DNA of 64,000 bases from Acidimicrobiaceae bacterium (lineage in GTDB: Bacteria > Actinomycetota > Acidimicrobiia > Acidimicrobiales > JAUTXP01). The stretch lies in contig JAUTXP010000014.1 in assembly GCA_030837965.1 (NCBI GenBank), positions 8,605-72,604 on the forward strand, written 5' to 3'. Under the pieces are notes generated by a model. It saw only the letters and a program-made list of their open reading frames with translations. It did no database searches and had not been told where the DNA came from. This document shows positions 1 through 10,000 of this stretch, one piece after another. Each line of letters begins with the position of its first letter. The stretch's first letter is position 1. The translations under genes and the position numbers were made by a program.

Positions 1-289
1 GCCGCCCTCGTCGACCATCGGCGACCCGCCCTCCATGGTCCGAAGGGTGCACGACGCCCGCTGGACGGACCTGGGCGAGGGCGTGCTGCGCTTCGAGATC
101 GAGGCGTCGGCCTTCTGCCACCAGATGGTCCGCTCCATCGTGGGGACCATGGTGGCCGTGGGCAAAGGCCGCAAGCGGGCGGGCGACATGGCCTGGACCC
201 TGCGGTCGCAGGACCGCTCCCTGGCCTCGTCCCCCGCGCCGCCGCAGGGCCTCACGCTGTGGTCAGTTGCGTACGACTTGTCGCGCTGA
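1..289 (+). CDS. truA: tRNA pseudouridine synthase A, C-terminal fragment (5' end outside window)
   Basis: The reading frame is open to the window edge, with stop TGA at 287-289. FCHQMVRSIVGTMVAVGKG...PPQGLTLW resembles the TruA C-terminus. Recognised by eye. Confidence 0.75.
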   Translation, partial: PPSSTIGDPPSMVRRVHDARWTDLGEGVLRFEIEASAFCHQMVRSIVGTMVAVGKGRKRAGDMAWTLRSQDRSLASSPAPPQGLTLWSVAYDLSR

Positions 290-318
290 GTGCCGTATTC
301 GGCAATGAGCGCGACAAG
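277..318. repeat. Imperfect palindromic repeat, family C copy 1 (CTTGTCGCGCTGAGTGCC-loop-GGCAATGAGCGCGACAAG)
   Basis: 18-nt arms with 2 mismatches and a 6-nt loop. It spans the truA stop codon. A near-identical copy lies at 60868-60915. Confidence 0.85.
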
Positions 319-400
319 ACGGGCGGGGGCGGGGACGGAGGCTCAGGCCGGAGGGCGGCCAGCCGATGATTTCTTGGGGACGCACGAGGGGCGGGACGTG

Positions 401-1327
401 ATGGGTGACACTCCGATCAAGGTGGGCGGCCAGGCCTTGGCCGACGGCGTGCTGATGCGCACGCCCCGGGCCTGGGCCATCGCCCGGGTGGACGGGACCG
501 TGGAGGTGGGCGCCCTGGCCCCCACGCCCATGGGCCGCATCCCGGTCCTGCGGGTGGTCGCATCCCTGTTCGGCGCCCTGCGACTGGCCGTGGTGCGCGG
601 CATGTTGGGCCGAGGTCGAGGCGCAGACCAAGGCAGAGATGGCACCGGCACGATGAGGTCTGGCCGTTCGAGGACCGACAGCCGCAGGCTGAACCGGCGC
701 ATGCTGGTCGTGCTGGTGGGCCTGGAGGCCGCGGCCTACGTGTTCGGCCGCGCCTTCGGCGACCTGCCGACGGGCGGGGCCACCGGCCTGGCCATGACCG
801 TGCTGCCCTGGGCCGCGACCCTCGCCGTGCTGCGCGTGGCCACGCCCCAGTCTCTGTGGCGCTTCCACGGGGCCGAGCACAAGGCCGTGTCCGCCCACGA
901 GGCGGGCGTCGACCTGCACGACACGGCCGCCGTCTTGCGCTGCGCCCGCGTCCACAACCGCTGCGGCACCAACCTGGTCTTCCTCATGCTGGCCGCGGGC
1001 TACGCCACCCGTGGGCACGTGGGCGGCTGGTGGCAGGTGCCCATGCTGCTGGCCCTGATCGGCGTGTGCGCCGAGGTCGTCACCGTGGCCTCGACCCGGC
1101 CGCAGTCCTGGCTCAGCCGGGTCCTGCTGGGCGGGGGCAAGGCCCTCCAACGCTGGGTCACCACGGCCGAGCCCACGCCTGCCGAGCAGGCCGTCGGCTC
1201 CTTGGCCCTGCTGGCCTGCCTGGACGAGCACGCCCGTATCGTCTCAGCCGAAGGCGTCTCAGCCGGGGCGGCCGAGGCCGACGCAGCCGATACCGCCGGC
1301 GCGGTCCCGGCCATGGCCGCGGCGTAG
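401..1327 (+). CDS. DUF1385 (YqhQ-like) membrane protein
   Basis: From ORF 290..1327. Start moved to ATG 401, downstream of the hairpin. Motifs GGQALADGVLMR, FHGAEHK and RCGTNLVF are typical of DUF1385. Confidence 0.75.
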   Translation: MGDTPIKVGGQALADGVLMRTPRAWAIARVDGTVEVGALAPTPMGRIPVLRVVASLFGALRLAVVRGMLGRGRGADQGRDGTGTMRSGRSRTDSRRLNRRMLVVLVGLEAAAYVFGRAFGDLPTGGATGLAMTVLPWAATLAVLRVATPQSLWRFHGAEHKAVSAHEAGVDLHDTAAVLRCARVHNRCGTNLVFLMLAAGYATRGHVGGWWQVPMLLALIGVCAEVVTVASTRPQSWLSRVLLGGGKALQRWVTTAEPTPAEQAVGSLALLACLDEHARIVSAEGVSAGAAEADAADTAGAVPAMAAA

Positions 1328-1366
1328 GCCGCTCAGGTCGAGCCCCCCGCCCGCCGACACCACTGT

Positions 1367-3466
1367 GTGCGGCGGCCGCGCATTGACCCACTGGTTTGGT
1401 TCTACCTGGGAGTGACCCTCCCGGGCCTGGCTCTGCTTGCCCGAATTGCCCAGTCGGTGCACCCGGCCGAGATCCCGGCCGCCCTCAGCTCGCCCGTCTT
1501 GTGGGCCTTTGCCGTCTTCCTCGTGCCCTGTGAACTGTGGCCGGTGGAGGTGCCGCTCCCAGCGGGCACCGAGGAGATGAAGACCTCGGCCGCCTTCGGC
1601 TACGCCATTTTGCTCACGAGCGGTGCTCGGGCGGCCATCGGCGCCATGGTCGTGGTGGCCGTGCTCGGCGGCCTGGTCCGCCGCCGCGGCATCTGGTGGA
1701 CCACCTTCGACGTGGCCCACTACGCCCTCGCTCTGGCCATGACTGCGTTCGTGGTCTCCGCCGGCTCAGGCGCGCCCCGAGCCCTGGGCGACGTGCAGGT
1801 CGACGCAGGCACCATCGGCCCCATCCTGGCCGGCGCGGGCATCCTCTTCGTCACCGTGCACGGCGTGAACGCCATCCTCACCGCCCTGCGCAACGGCTTG
1901 TCGCCCTTCGCCTACATGTCGCGCGACTTCAGCTTCCAGGCCAGCACTGCGGGCGTGTTGATGGCCCTGTCGCCCATGGCCGTGGTCGCGGCCCACAGCA
2001 ACCTGATCGTGGTCCCGCTGCTCGGCCTGCCCCTCTACTCCGTCTACAAGAGCGCCAGCAGCTCGCTCGGCCGTGAGCGCGACGCCCTCCACGACTCGCT
2101 CACCGGCCTGCCCAACCGCACGCTGTTCAGGGACCGCATCGAGCAGGCCACGGCGCGCTGCCGGCGCAACGGCGGCATCCTGGCCGTCCTGCTCATCGAC
2201 CTCGACGGGTTCAAAGAGGTCAACGACACGCTCGGCCACCATACCGGCGACGTCCTGCTCCAACAGGTGGCCAAGCGGCTCGAGCACAACCTGCGCCAAG
2301 TCGACACCGTGGCCCGGCTGGGGGGCGACGAGTTCGCCGTCTTCCTGCCCGACCTGGGCGGGCTGGCCCTGGCCCAGGAGACGGCCCACCGCCTGCTCGC
2401 CGCACTGCAGGCGCCCTTCCACTTGGAGGGCATCAGCCTCAGCGTCCAGGCCAGCGTCGGCATCGCGGGCTTTCCCGAGCACGGGCTCGACCCCGACACC
2501 ATCCTCCAGCGGGCCGACAACGCCATGTACGAGGCCAAGCGCCTCAAGACCGGCGTCGAGACGTACATGCAGGGGAGGGACAGGGCCAGCCGCCGCCGCC
2601 TGGCGCTGTCGGGCGAACTGCGGGGCGCGGTGGACGACAACCAACTGCTCCTGCATTACCAGCCCAAGGCCAGGCTGTCCGACGGGGCCATCGTCAGCGT
2701 GGAGGCCCTGGTCCGCTGGAACCACCCGTGGTACGGGATGGTGCCGCCCTCGGAGTTCATCCCGCTGGCCGAGCGCACCGGCGTCATGCGCCCGCTCACC
2801 ATCAACGTGCTCGATCAGGCCCTGCGCCAGATCAAGGAGTGGTCGCGGCTCCAACTCGACCTGTCAGTGGCCGTCAACATCTCCACCCAGAACTTCCACG
2901 ACCTGCTGCTGCCCGACGAGATCGATCAGTTGCTGACCCGCCACGGCGTGCCGCCCCGGCTGCTGGAGATCGAGATCACCGAGAGCATGCTGATCGCCGA
3001 CCCGCTGCGGGCCATGCACATCATGGGCCGTCTGTCGGACATGGGCATCAAGCTCGTGGTGGACGACTTCGGCACCGGCTACTCGTCGCTGGCCTACCTC
3101 AAGCGCCTGCCGGTGGACGGCCTCAAGATCGACCAGTCCTTCATCAAGCACCTGCCCGCCGACGAAAACGACACCGTGATCGTGCGCTCGACCATCGAGC
3201 TGGCCCGCAACCTGGGGCTGCAAGTCGTGGCTGAAGGCGTGGAGACGGTTGAGGCTTGGGACGCGTTGCGCGACCTGGGCTGCGACCTGGCCCAGGGCTA
3301 CTGGCTCAGCCCGCCTCTGCCCGCCGACGAACTGCTCCAGTGGTGGCGGTCGTGGACGGCGAGGGGCGAGCGCATGGCGCCCGGCCTGGGCTCTTCCCTG
3401 CCCATGCCCGCGCCCGAGGCCGTGCCCGAGGCCGCGGCGCCGCCGGCCGCCCGCTCACTGCAGTAG
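1367..3466 (+). CDS. Membrane-anchored GGDEF-EAL protein (diguanylate cyclase/phosphodiesterase)
   Basis: 699-aa ORF with a GTG start and an N-terminal multi-TM region. It has an intact GGDEF motif (RLGGDEFAVFL) and an EAL domain (VEALVRW, DDFGTGYSSL). Confidence 0.9.
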   Translation: MRRPRIDPLVWFYLGVTLPGLALLARIAQSVHPAEIPAALSSPVLWAFAVFLVPCELWPVEVPLPAGTEEMKTSAAFGYAILLTSGARAAIGAMVVVAVLGGLVRRRGIWWTTFDVAHYALALAMTAFVVSAGSGAPRALGDVQVDAGTIGPILAGAGILFVTVHGVNAILTALRNGLSPFAYMSRDFSFQASTAGVLMALSPMAVVAAHSNLIVVPLLGLPLYSVYKSASSSLGRERDALHDSLTGLPNRTLFRDRIEQATARCRRNGGILAVLLIDLDGFKEVNDTLGHHTGDVLLQQVAKRLEHNLRQVDTVARLGGDEFAVFLPDLGGLALAQETAHRLLAALQAPFHLEGISLSVQASVGIAGFPEHGLDPDTILQRADNAMYEAKRLKTGVETYMQGRDRASRRRLALSGELRGAVDDNQLLLHYQPKARLSDGAIVSVEALVRWNHPWYGMVPPSEFIPLAERTGVMRPLTINVLDQALRQIKEWSRLQLDLSVAVNISTQNFHDLLLPDEIDQLLTRHGVPPRLLEIEITESMLIADPLRAMHIMGRLSDMGIKLVVDDFGTGYSSLAYLKRLPVDGLKIDQSFIKHLPADENDTVIVRSTIELARNLGLQVVAEGVETVEAWDALRDLGCDLAQGYWLSPPLPADELLQWWRSWTARGERMAPGLGSSLPMPAPEAVPEAAAPPAARSLQ

Positions 3467-4651
3467 CTCGACCCGATACCCCAACGCCCGCACGGAGGTC
3501 ACGACCTCTTGGCGGTGCTCGGGGTCGCGCGTCTCCAACGTGATGAGGACCTCGACCTCGTCCACGCCCAAGGCCACGCCCGATCGGTGGTGCTCCACGT
3601 CGAGCACGTTCAGGCCCAGCTCGGCCACCGCGGCCGTCACTGACGCCAGCGCGCCAGGCGAGTCCCGCAACACGATGCGCAGTCGCAGGAAGCGGCCCGC
3701 GGCGGACAGGCCGTGGTCGATCAGCTTGGTCAGCAAGAGGGGGTCGACGTTGCCACCCGAGAGGAGGGCCACCGCGGGCCCGTTCCCCGGCACCTTGCCG
3801 CACAGCAGCGCGGCCAGGGCCACCGCACCTGCGGGCTCGACCACGGCCTTGGCCCGTTCCAGCAACAGAAGCACGGCTTGGCTGATCTGCTCCTCGTCGA
3901 CAGTCACGACCTGATCGACGAAGGCCTGCACATGGGCCAGGGTCAGCTCGGACACGCACTTCACCGCGATGCCGTCGGCCATGGTGCTCACCGCGCCGAC
4001 GGGCACGGCCCGTCTGGCCTCCAGGGCGGCCAGCATGGCCGTGGCCCCAGCCGCCTCCACGCCGACAACTCGGCAGCCCCTTCGGGTATGGGCCAAGGCC
4101 GCGGCCACGCCCGCCACCAGTCCGCCGCCGCCGATGGGAACGACCACCACCTCGGCGTCGGGGGCCTCCTCGGCGATCTCCAAGCCCACCGTCCCCTGCC
4201 CGGCCACGATCAGCGGGTCGTCGAAAGGGGGCACGAAGACGGCGCCGCACTCCTCGGCAAAGGCCTGGGCCGCGGCCAGCGAATCGTCGACCACGTTGCC
4301 TTCGAGCCGCACCGTCGCCCCGTAGCCGCGGGTGGCCTCCATCTTCGGGAGCGGCGCGTTGACGGGCATGAAGATGGTGGAGCGCTGGCCGGTGAGGGCC
4401 GCGGCCAGGGCCACGCCTTGGGCATGGTTGCCGGCCGATGCGGCGACCACATGGCCGCCTGGCAGCAGGCGCGAGATGCGGTTGTAGGCGCCTCGGATCT
4501 TGAACGACCCGGTGCGCTGGCGGTACTCGGGCTTGAGGAGCACCGTGCGCCCGGCCAGCCTGGACAGCGAGTCCGAGGCGACGAGTGGGGTGGGCCGCAC
4601 CACCGGCTGGACACGTTGGCGCGCCTGTTCAATGTCTTGAAGGCTGATCAT
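3455..4651 (-). CDS. ilvA: Threonine ammonia-lyase (threonine dehydratase) with C-terminal ACT-like domain
   Basis: From ORF 3455..4720. Start set to ATG 4651 ([11 protein letters not shown]). It has the PLP-lysine motif SFKIRGAYN and GNHAQG. Its 3' end overlaps the convergent GGDEF-EAL gene by 12 nt. Confidence 0.85.
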   Translation of the reverse strand: MISLQDIEQARQRVQPVVRPTPLVASDSLSRLAGRTVLLKPEYRQRTGSFKIRGAYNRISRLLPGGHVVAASAGNHAQGVALAAALTGQRSTIFMPVNAPLPKMEATRGYGATVRLEGNVVDDSLAAAQAFAEECGAVFVPPFDDPLIVAGQGTVGLEIAEEAPDAEVVVVPIGGGGLVAGVAAALAHTRRGCRVVGVEAAGATAMLAALEARRAVPVGAVSTMADGIAVKCVSELTLAHVQAFVDQVVTVDEEQISQAVLLLLERAKAVVEPAGAVALAALLCGKVPGNGPAVALLSGGNVDPLLLTKLIDHGLSAAGRFLRLRIVLRDSPGALASVTAAVAELGLNVLDVEHHRSGVALGVDEVEVLITLETRDPEHRQEVVTSVRALGYRVELLQ

Positions 4652-4768
4652 CCGGGGGGCGAGGCTACTGGCGCGCCCCGCGTGTACGGGCGGGCCGTTT
4701 GCCGGATGCAGGCGGCCCACCTATCCTTGTCCCCCGGTCAGCGCGCCTCGAACAGCAAGGACTCACGC

Positions 4769-5221
4769 GTGCGTACGTACTCTCCAAAACCGAGTGACAT
4801 CCAGCGCGCCTGGCACGTGGTCGACGCCGAAGGGCTTGTCCTCGGCCGTCTGGCCAGCGAGGTGGCCAGGGTCCTGCGGGGCAAGCACAAGCCCATCTTC
4901 GCCCCCCATCTGGACACGGGCGACCACGTCATCATCGTCAACGCGTCCAAGATCGTGCTGACGTCGGACAAGGCGTCCAAGAAGCTGGCGTACCACCACT
5001 CCGGCTACCCGGGCGGCCTGCGCACCACGATCTACACCGACCTGCTGGCCACCAAGCCCGAGGAGGCCGTGCGCAAGGCGGTCAAGGGCATGCTGCCCAA
5101 GGGCACGCTGGGCCGGGCCATGATCAAAAAGCTCAAGGTCTACGCCGGTCCCACCCATCCGCACGCCGCCCAGGGGCCTCAGCCCCTCGAGGTGGCCCAC
5201 GCCCGCCGGGCCACCGTCTAG
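4769..5221 (+). CDS. rplM: 50S ribosomal protein L13
   Basis: In frame within ORF 3713..5221, with GTG at 4769. The translation ([19 protein letters not shown]...[21 protein letters not shown]) is unmistakably L13. Confidence 0.95.
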   Translation: MRTYSPKPSDIQRAWHVVDAEGLVLGRLASEVARVLRGKHKPIFAPHLDTGDHVIIVNASKIVLTSDKASKKLAYHHSGYPGGLRTTIYTDLLATKPEEAVRKAVKGMLPKGTLGRAMIKKLKVYAGPTHPHAAQGPQPLEVAHARRATV

Positions 5222-5257
5222 CCGCCCGTCGGCGCTGAAAGCAGGAGAACCGCTCGC

Positions 5258-5650
5258 ATGCCCAAGCCGCTCAGCCAGACCACCGGCCGCCGCAAGCAGG
5301 CCGTCGCCCGAGTCCGCTTCCGTCCGGGCACCGGCGCCATCAAGGTCAACGGCAGGCCGCTGGACGACTACTTCCCCTCGGCCACCCACCGGATGGTGGT
5401 CACCGAGCCGCTGCGGCTCACGTCGCAGGCCGAGGACTTCGACGTCGACGCCACCATCCACGGCGGCGGTGTGGCGGGCCAGGCGGGCGCCTTGCGCCTG
5501 GGCATCGCCCGGGCCCTGGCCGTGCTCGACCCCGAGCAGCGCATCACGCTGAAGCGGGCCGGCTTCCTCACCCGTGACGCCAGGGAGAAGGAGTCGAAGA
5601 AGTACGGCCTCAAGAAGGCCCGCAAGGCGCCGCAGTACTCCAAGCGCTAA
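5258..5650 (+). CDS. rpsI: 30S ribosomal protein S9
   Basis: 130-aa [15 protein letters not shown]...[17 protein letters not shown] is the canonical S9 sequence. Confidence 0.97.
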   Translation: MPKPLSQTTGRRKQAVARVRFRPGTGAIKVNGRPLDDYFPSATHRMVVTEPLRLTSQAEDFDVDATIHGGGVAGQAGALRLGIARALAVLDPEQRITLKRAGFLTRDAREKESKKYGLKKARKAPQYSKR

Positions 5651-5703
5651 GCCAAGCGCTGAGTCCAGCCAGCCCTCCCGCCCCTCTTGCCCGCCCCCCC
5701 TTC

Positions 5704-5738
5704 AACTTTTCCACAGCACCTGCTGCTGTGGAAAAGTT
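5704..5738. repeat. Hairpin repeat family A, copy 1 (AACTTTTCCACAGCA-CCTGC-TGCTGTGGAAAAGTT)
   Basis: 15-bp stem and 5-nt loop, between rpsI and glmM. C-rich 5' flank and G-rich 3' flank. Confidence 0.9.
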
Positions 5739-5754
5739 CGAGAGCGGGGGCGCG

Positions 5755-7086
5755 GTGACGCTGAAGTTCGGCACCGACGGGGTGCGCGGGGTGGCGTACG
5801 TGGAACTGACCACCGACTTGGTGCGCGCCCTGGGCACCGCCGCCGCCCAGGTACTGGGCGGGCCCGCCTTTCTGATCGGCCGGGACACGCGGGCGTCGGG
5901 GCCGGACCTGCAAGCGGCACTGGCTGACGGGCTGGCCGCGGCGGGGGCGGACGTGATCGACCTGGGCGTGCTGCCCACGCCCGCCGTGGCCCACAACTCG
6001 GCCGTCGAGCGCCTGCCCGCGGCCATGATCTCGGCCTCCCACAACCCGTACCAGGACAACGGCGTGAAGTTCTTCCTGGCGGGCGGGCGCAAGCTGTCCG
6101 ACGAGGTCGAGGCCGAGTTGGAGGCGGCCATGGCCCGCACCGCGGCTACGCCCACTCGCTCGGGCGGCCGCCTTTCCACCGCGCCCGGGCCGACTGCGGG
6201 CTACGAGCGCCATGTCCTCGACTCGATCGAGGGCCGCACCCTCCACGGCCTCACCGTCGTCATCGACTGTGCCAACGGCGCCGCCTTCGACGTGGCCCCG
6301 CGAGTCCTGCGCACCCTGGGCGCCGACGTCCACGTCCTGCACGACCAGCCCGACGGCCAGAACATCAACGCGGGCTGCGGGTCCACCCACCCGGGCGATC
6401 TGCAAGCCGCGGTGGTCGAGCGGGGGGCGGACGCGGGTCTGGCCTTCGACGGTGACGCCGACCGGGTGCTGGCCGTGGACCACACCGGCGCGCTGGTGGA
6501 CGGCGACCAGCTCATGGCCGTCCTCGCCCTCGACCTACGCGATCAGGGCCGGCTCCACGACGACACCCTCGTCGTCACCGTCATGAGCAACCTGGGTCTG
6601 CGCCTGGCCATGGCCGACGCGGGCGTGCGGGTGCACGAGACCCAGGTCGGCGACCGGTCGGTGCTCGAGGCGTTGGAGGCAAACGGCTGGTCGCTGGGTG
6701 GCGAGCAGTCCGGCCACGTCATCCTGCGGGACCTGGCCACCACCGGCGACGGACTGCTCACCGGCGTGCAGGTCTTGGACGCGGTGCGCCGCCGGGGCCG
6801 CCCGCTGGCCGATCTGGCCGCGGTCATGGCCCGGCTGCCACAGGTGCTGCGCAATGTGCGGGTCGCCCGGCGCGACGGGCTCGATGACGCCCAGGCTGTT
6901 TGGGACGCGGTGGCCGCGGTCGAGCGGCGGCTGGGACGGTCGGGCCGCGTGCTGCTGCGACCCAGCGGCACCGAGCCGGTCGTGCGGGTGATGGTCGAGG
7001 CGGGCGACGAGGCCACGGCCCAGGCCGCGGCCGACGAGTTGGCCGCGGTGGTGGGCGAGTGGGGGGAGTTCGAAGCCAGGGCCTAG
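5755..7086 (+). CDS. glmM: Phosphoglucosamine mutase
   Basis: From ORF 5728..7086. Motifs FGTDGVRG and the phosphoserine loop ISASHNPYQDNG. Start set to GTG 5755 because the track start at 5728 lies inside the family A hairpin. Confidence 0.92.
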   Translation: MTLKFGTDGVRGVAYVELTTDLVRALGTAAAQVLGGPAFLIGRDTRASGPDLQAALADGLAAAGADVIDLGVLPTPAVAHNSAVERLPAAMISASHNPYQDNGVKFFLAGGRKLSDEVEAELEAAMARTAATPTRSGGRLSTAPGPTAGYERHVLDSIEGRTLHGLTVVIDCANGAAFDVAPRVLRTLGADVHVLHDQPDGQNINAGCGSTHPGDLQAAVVERGADAGLAFDGDADRVLAVDHTGALVDGDQLMAVLALDLRDQGRLHDDTLVVTVMSNLGLRLAMADAGVRVHETQVGDRSVLEALEANGWSLGGEQSGHVILRDLATTGDGLLTGVQVLDAVRRRGRPLADLAAVMARLPQVLRNVRVARRDGLDDAQAVWDAVAAVERRLGRSGRVLLRPSGTEPVVRVMVEAGDEATAQAAADELAAVVGEWGEFEARA

Positions 7087-7098
7087 CCTTGGCCGTCT

Positions 7099-10000
7099 AT
7101 GTGCGGGATCATCGCCGTCCTGCGTCGCCCCTCGGAGCGGCCTGCGCCCGACCCCGCTGACGTCTTGGCCGCCATGGCCGCGGCGGGCGGGTCGCTCGAC
7201 GCCGGCGACTTCGCGGGCGCCGCCTCGCAGTTGCAGGACGTGAACCTTGCGCTGAGCGGCGTGCCCGGCGTGCAGGCCCTGTTGGACGAAGGCCTGCGGC
7301 ACGGCATCGAGGCTGCGGTCCGCGATATCGAGGCCCGAGTCGACGGCATCGAGCGGCGCCTCGACGAGGGCGAGCTGTCGGCCAGCGAGGCGGTCAACGC
7401 GGCCTTGATCGCAGTCAAGGACGCGGTGTGGTCGATCGGCAGGGACCGCATTCGGACCGCGGCCGATGCGTCGGCGCTGGCGGGTGACGCCCATGACAAG
7501 CCCGCCGCGCTCGCTGCGTACACGTCGATCCAAGTGGCCTTGTCCGCCCTCGACCGGTTGGAGGTCCGGGGCCGGGACAGCGCCGGGCTGCACGTCCTGG
7601 TCACGGGCGCGTCCGTCGATGGCCAGAACCGGGGCGGCCCGCTGTTCACCAACGGGGCCATGCGAGTGCTGCCCAACGGCGCATTGAGCTTCGTCTACAA
7701 GGCGGCCGCGGAGATCGGCGAGTTGGGCGACAACACCAAGGCCCTTCGCACCGCGATCAGCGAGGACGAGCAGTTGCGGGCCGCTCTGGCGAGCAGCCCC
7801 CGAGCGGAGGCCGTCGTACTGGGCCATACGCGCTGGGCCAGCGTCGGCATCATCAGCGAGGCCAACGCCCACCCCCTCAACAGCGAAGAGCTGGAGTCGT
7901 CGGGCCCCAGCCCTTATGTGGTGGGCGCTCTCAACGGCGACGTGGACAACTACGCCGATCTCATCGAGCGGGAGCGGCTGCGCATCCCGATCGAAGTGAC
8001 CACCGACGCCAAGGTCATCCCCACGCTCGTATCCCACCGGCTGGCCGAGGGCCTCGACGTGGACGAGGCCTTCCGCCGCACGGTCGAGGGGTTCGAGGGC
8101 TCCGTCGCCATCGCCGCCTGCGCGGCCGACGCATCGGATCACCTGCTTCTGGCCCAGCGGGGCAGCGGCCAAGGGCTGTACGTCGGGCTGGCCGAGGACG
8201 CCTACATCGTGGCCAGCGAGCCCTATGGCGTGGTGGAGGAGACGAGCCGCTACGTGCGGCTGGACGGCGAGTCGGTCACCGAGTCGGGCAGCCACGGTCA
8301 GGTCGTGGTCCTCGACCGGGCCGCAGCAGGCTCGCTCGAGGGCATGGAGCGCCTGTCCTACGACGGGACGTCTTTGCCGGTGACGGATGCCGACGTGGCC
8401 ACGGCCGAGATCACCACGCGCGACATCGACCGGGCCGGCTTCCCGCACTACCTGCTGAAGGAGATCACAGAGTCGGCCCAGTCGTTCCGCAAGACGCTGC
8501 GGGGCAAGACGGTGGAGCAGGACGGCCGCCTGCACGTCGCCCTGGGCGACGAGACGCTGCCGCCTTCGCTGCGGTCCCGGCTGGCGTCCGGCGCCATCGG
8601 ACGGGTCCACGTCATCGGCCAGGGCACGGCCGCAGTGGCGGGCCAGAGCATCGCCCACGCCCTGACCCTGGCTTTGGCCGACTCCACCATCCGGGTGCGG
8701 GCCCTGCCCGCCACCGAGCTGTCCGGCTTCGAGTTGGACGACGACATGAGCGACGTGCTCGTCGTGGCCATCAGCCAGTCCGGCACGACGACCGACACCA
8801 ACCGCACGGTCGACCTGGTGCGGGCCCGGGGCGCGGCCGTGGTCGCCATCGTCAACCGGCGCAACAGCGACTTGGTGGAGAAGAGCGAAGGTGTGCTCTA
8901 CACGTCCGACGGCCGGGACGTGGAGATGAGCGTGGCGTCGACCAAGGCCTTCTATGCCCAGATCGCGGCTGGCTCGCTGCTGGCATTGGCCATCGCCAAC
9001 GAGGCGGGCTGTCGGGACACGGCGCGCGAGCACGACTTGTTGCTGGCCTTGCGCGAACTGCCCGCGGCCATGGACGAGGTGCTGGCCCGGCGCGAGTCGA
9101 TCGCGGCCGCGGCCCGGTTCGCCCCGCCCCGGCGGTACTGGGCCGTGGTGGGCAACGGGCCCAACCGCATTGCCGCGGCCGAGATCAGGATCAAGCTCTC
9201 CGAGCTCTGTTACAAGTCGATCGCCTGCGACGCCACCGAGGACAAAAAGCACATCGACTTGTCGTCCGAGCCGCTGATCTTCGTGTGCGCGGCGGGACTG
9301 TCCGGCGCCAATGCCGACGACGTGGCCAAGGAAGTCGCCATCTACAAGGCCCACAAGGCTGCGCCGGTGGTGGTGGCGTCGGACGGCGAGGACCGCTTCG
9401 GCGCGGCCTTGGCCGTCATCGACGTGCCCACCACCCACCCGGATCTGGCCTTTGTGCTGTCGGCCATGGCGGGCCACCTCTTCGGCTACGAGGCCGCGCT
9501 GGCCATCGACGCGCAGGCCCTGTTGTTCCGCCAGGCCCGGGCCGCCATCGAGTCCTTGGTCGGCCTGGAGGACGATCCCGATGAGTACCTCGCTCGCCTG
9601 CGGGACTTGATCCAGCCCGCGGCCGGGCGCTTCTTCGCCGCCCTGCGCGCAGGCGACTTGAACGGCCATTTGGAGGCGAGCACGGCCGAGCGGGTCGGCT
9701 CGCTGCTGCGTTATGTCGCGGGCATCGTGCCGCTCGAGGCGTACCAGGTCGAGTACGGCAAAGTGGGCACGCCCGCCGTGCTCATCGAGGACCTGACCGG
9801 CGCGCTCACGTCGGCCATCGAGGAACTCACCCGGCCCATCGACGCCATCAAGCACCAGGCCAAGACGGTCACCGTCGGCATATCCCGTTCCGAGGACGTG
9901 CTGTTCAGGGCGCCGCTCGTGGCCGAGGTCGTCAGCGCGGGCGCGCCCCGCGATCGCTTGAGCTACAAGGCGTTGCGCACGCTCGGCAACCTCGGGCCCG

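Noticed and set aside
290-400. The repeated peptide start MPY(S/T)AMSATRRAG, seen at 290 and again at 60884-61075, which could suggest a duplicated small gene.
   Set aside because: The identity is confined to the family C palindrome itself. Downstream sequences are unrelated. In the first case the real gene (DUF1385) is better started at ATG 401.
5728-5754. The ORF-track start codons that lie inside family A hairpins (glmM 5728; purN 63238).
   Set aside because: The conserved N-termini of GlmM (…LKFGTDGVRG) and PurN (…IGVLASGSG) begin just downstream at in-frame GTG codons. The extra residues are simply the translated hairpin (…EKFESGG / MWKSCG).
7087-7098. A glmS ribozyme or other leader upstream of the glmS-like gene.
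   Set aside because: Only 12 nt separate the glmM stop from the start codon, so there is no room for a structured leader.
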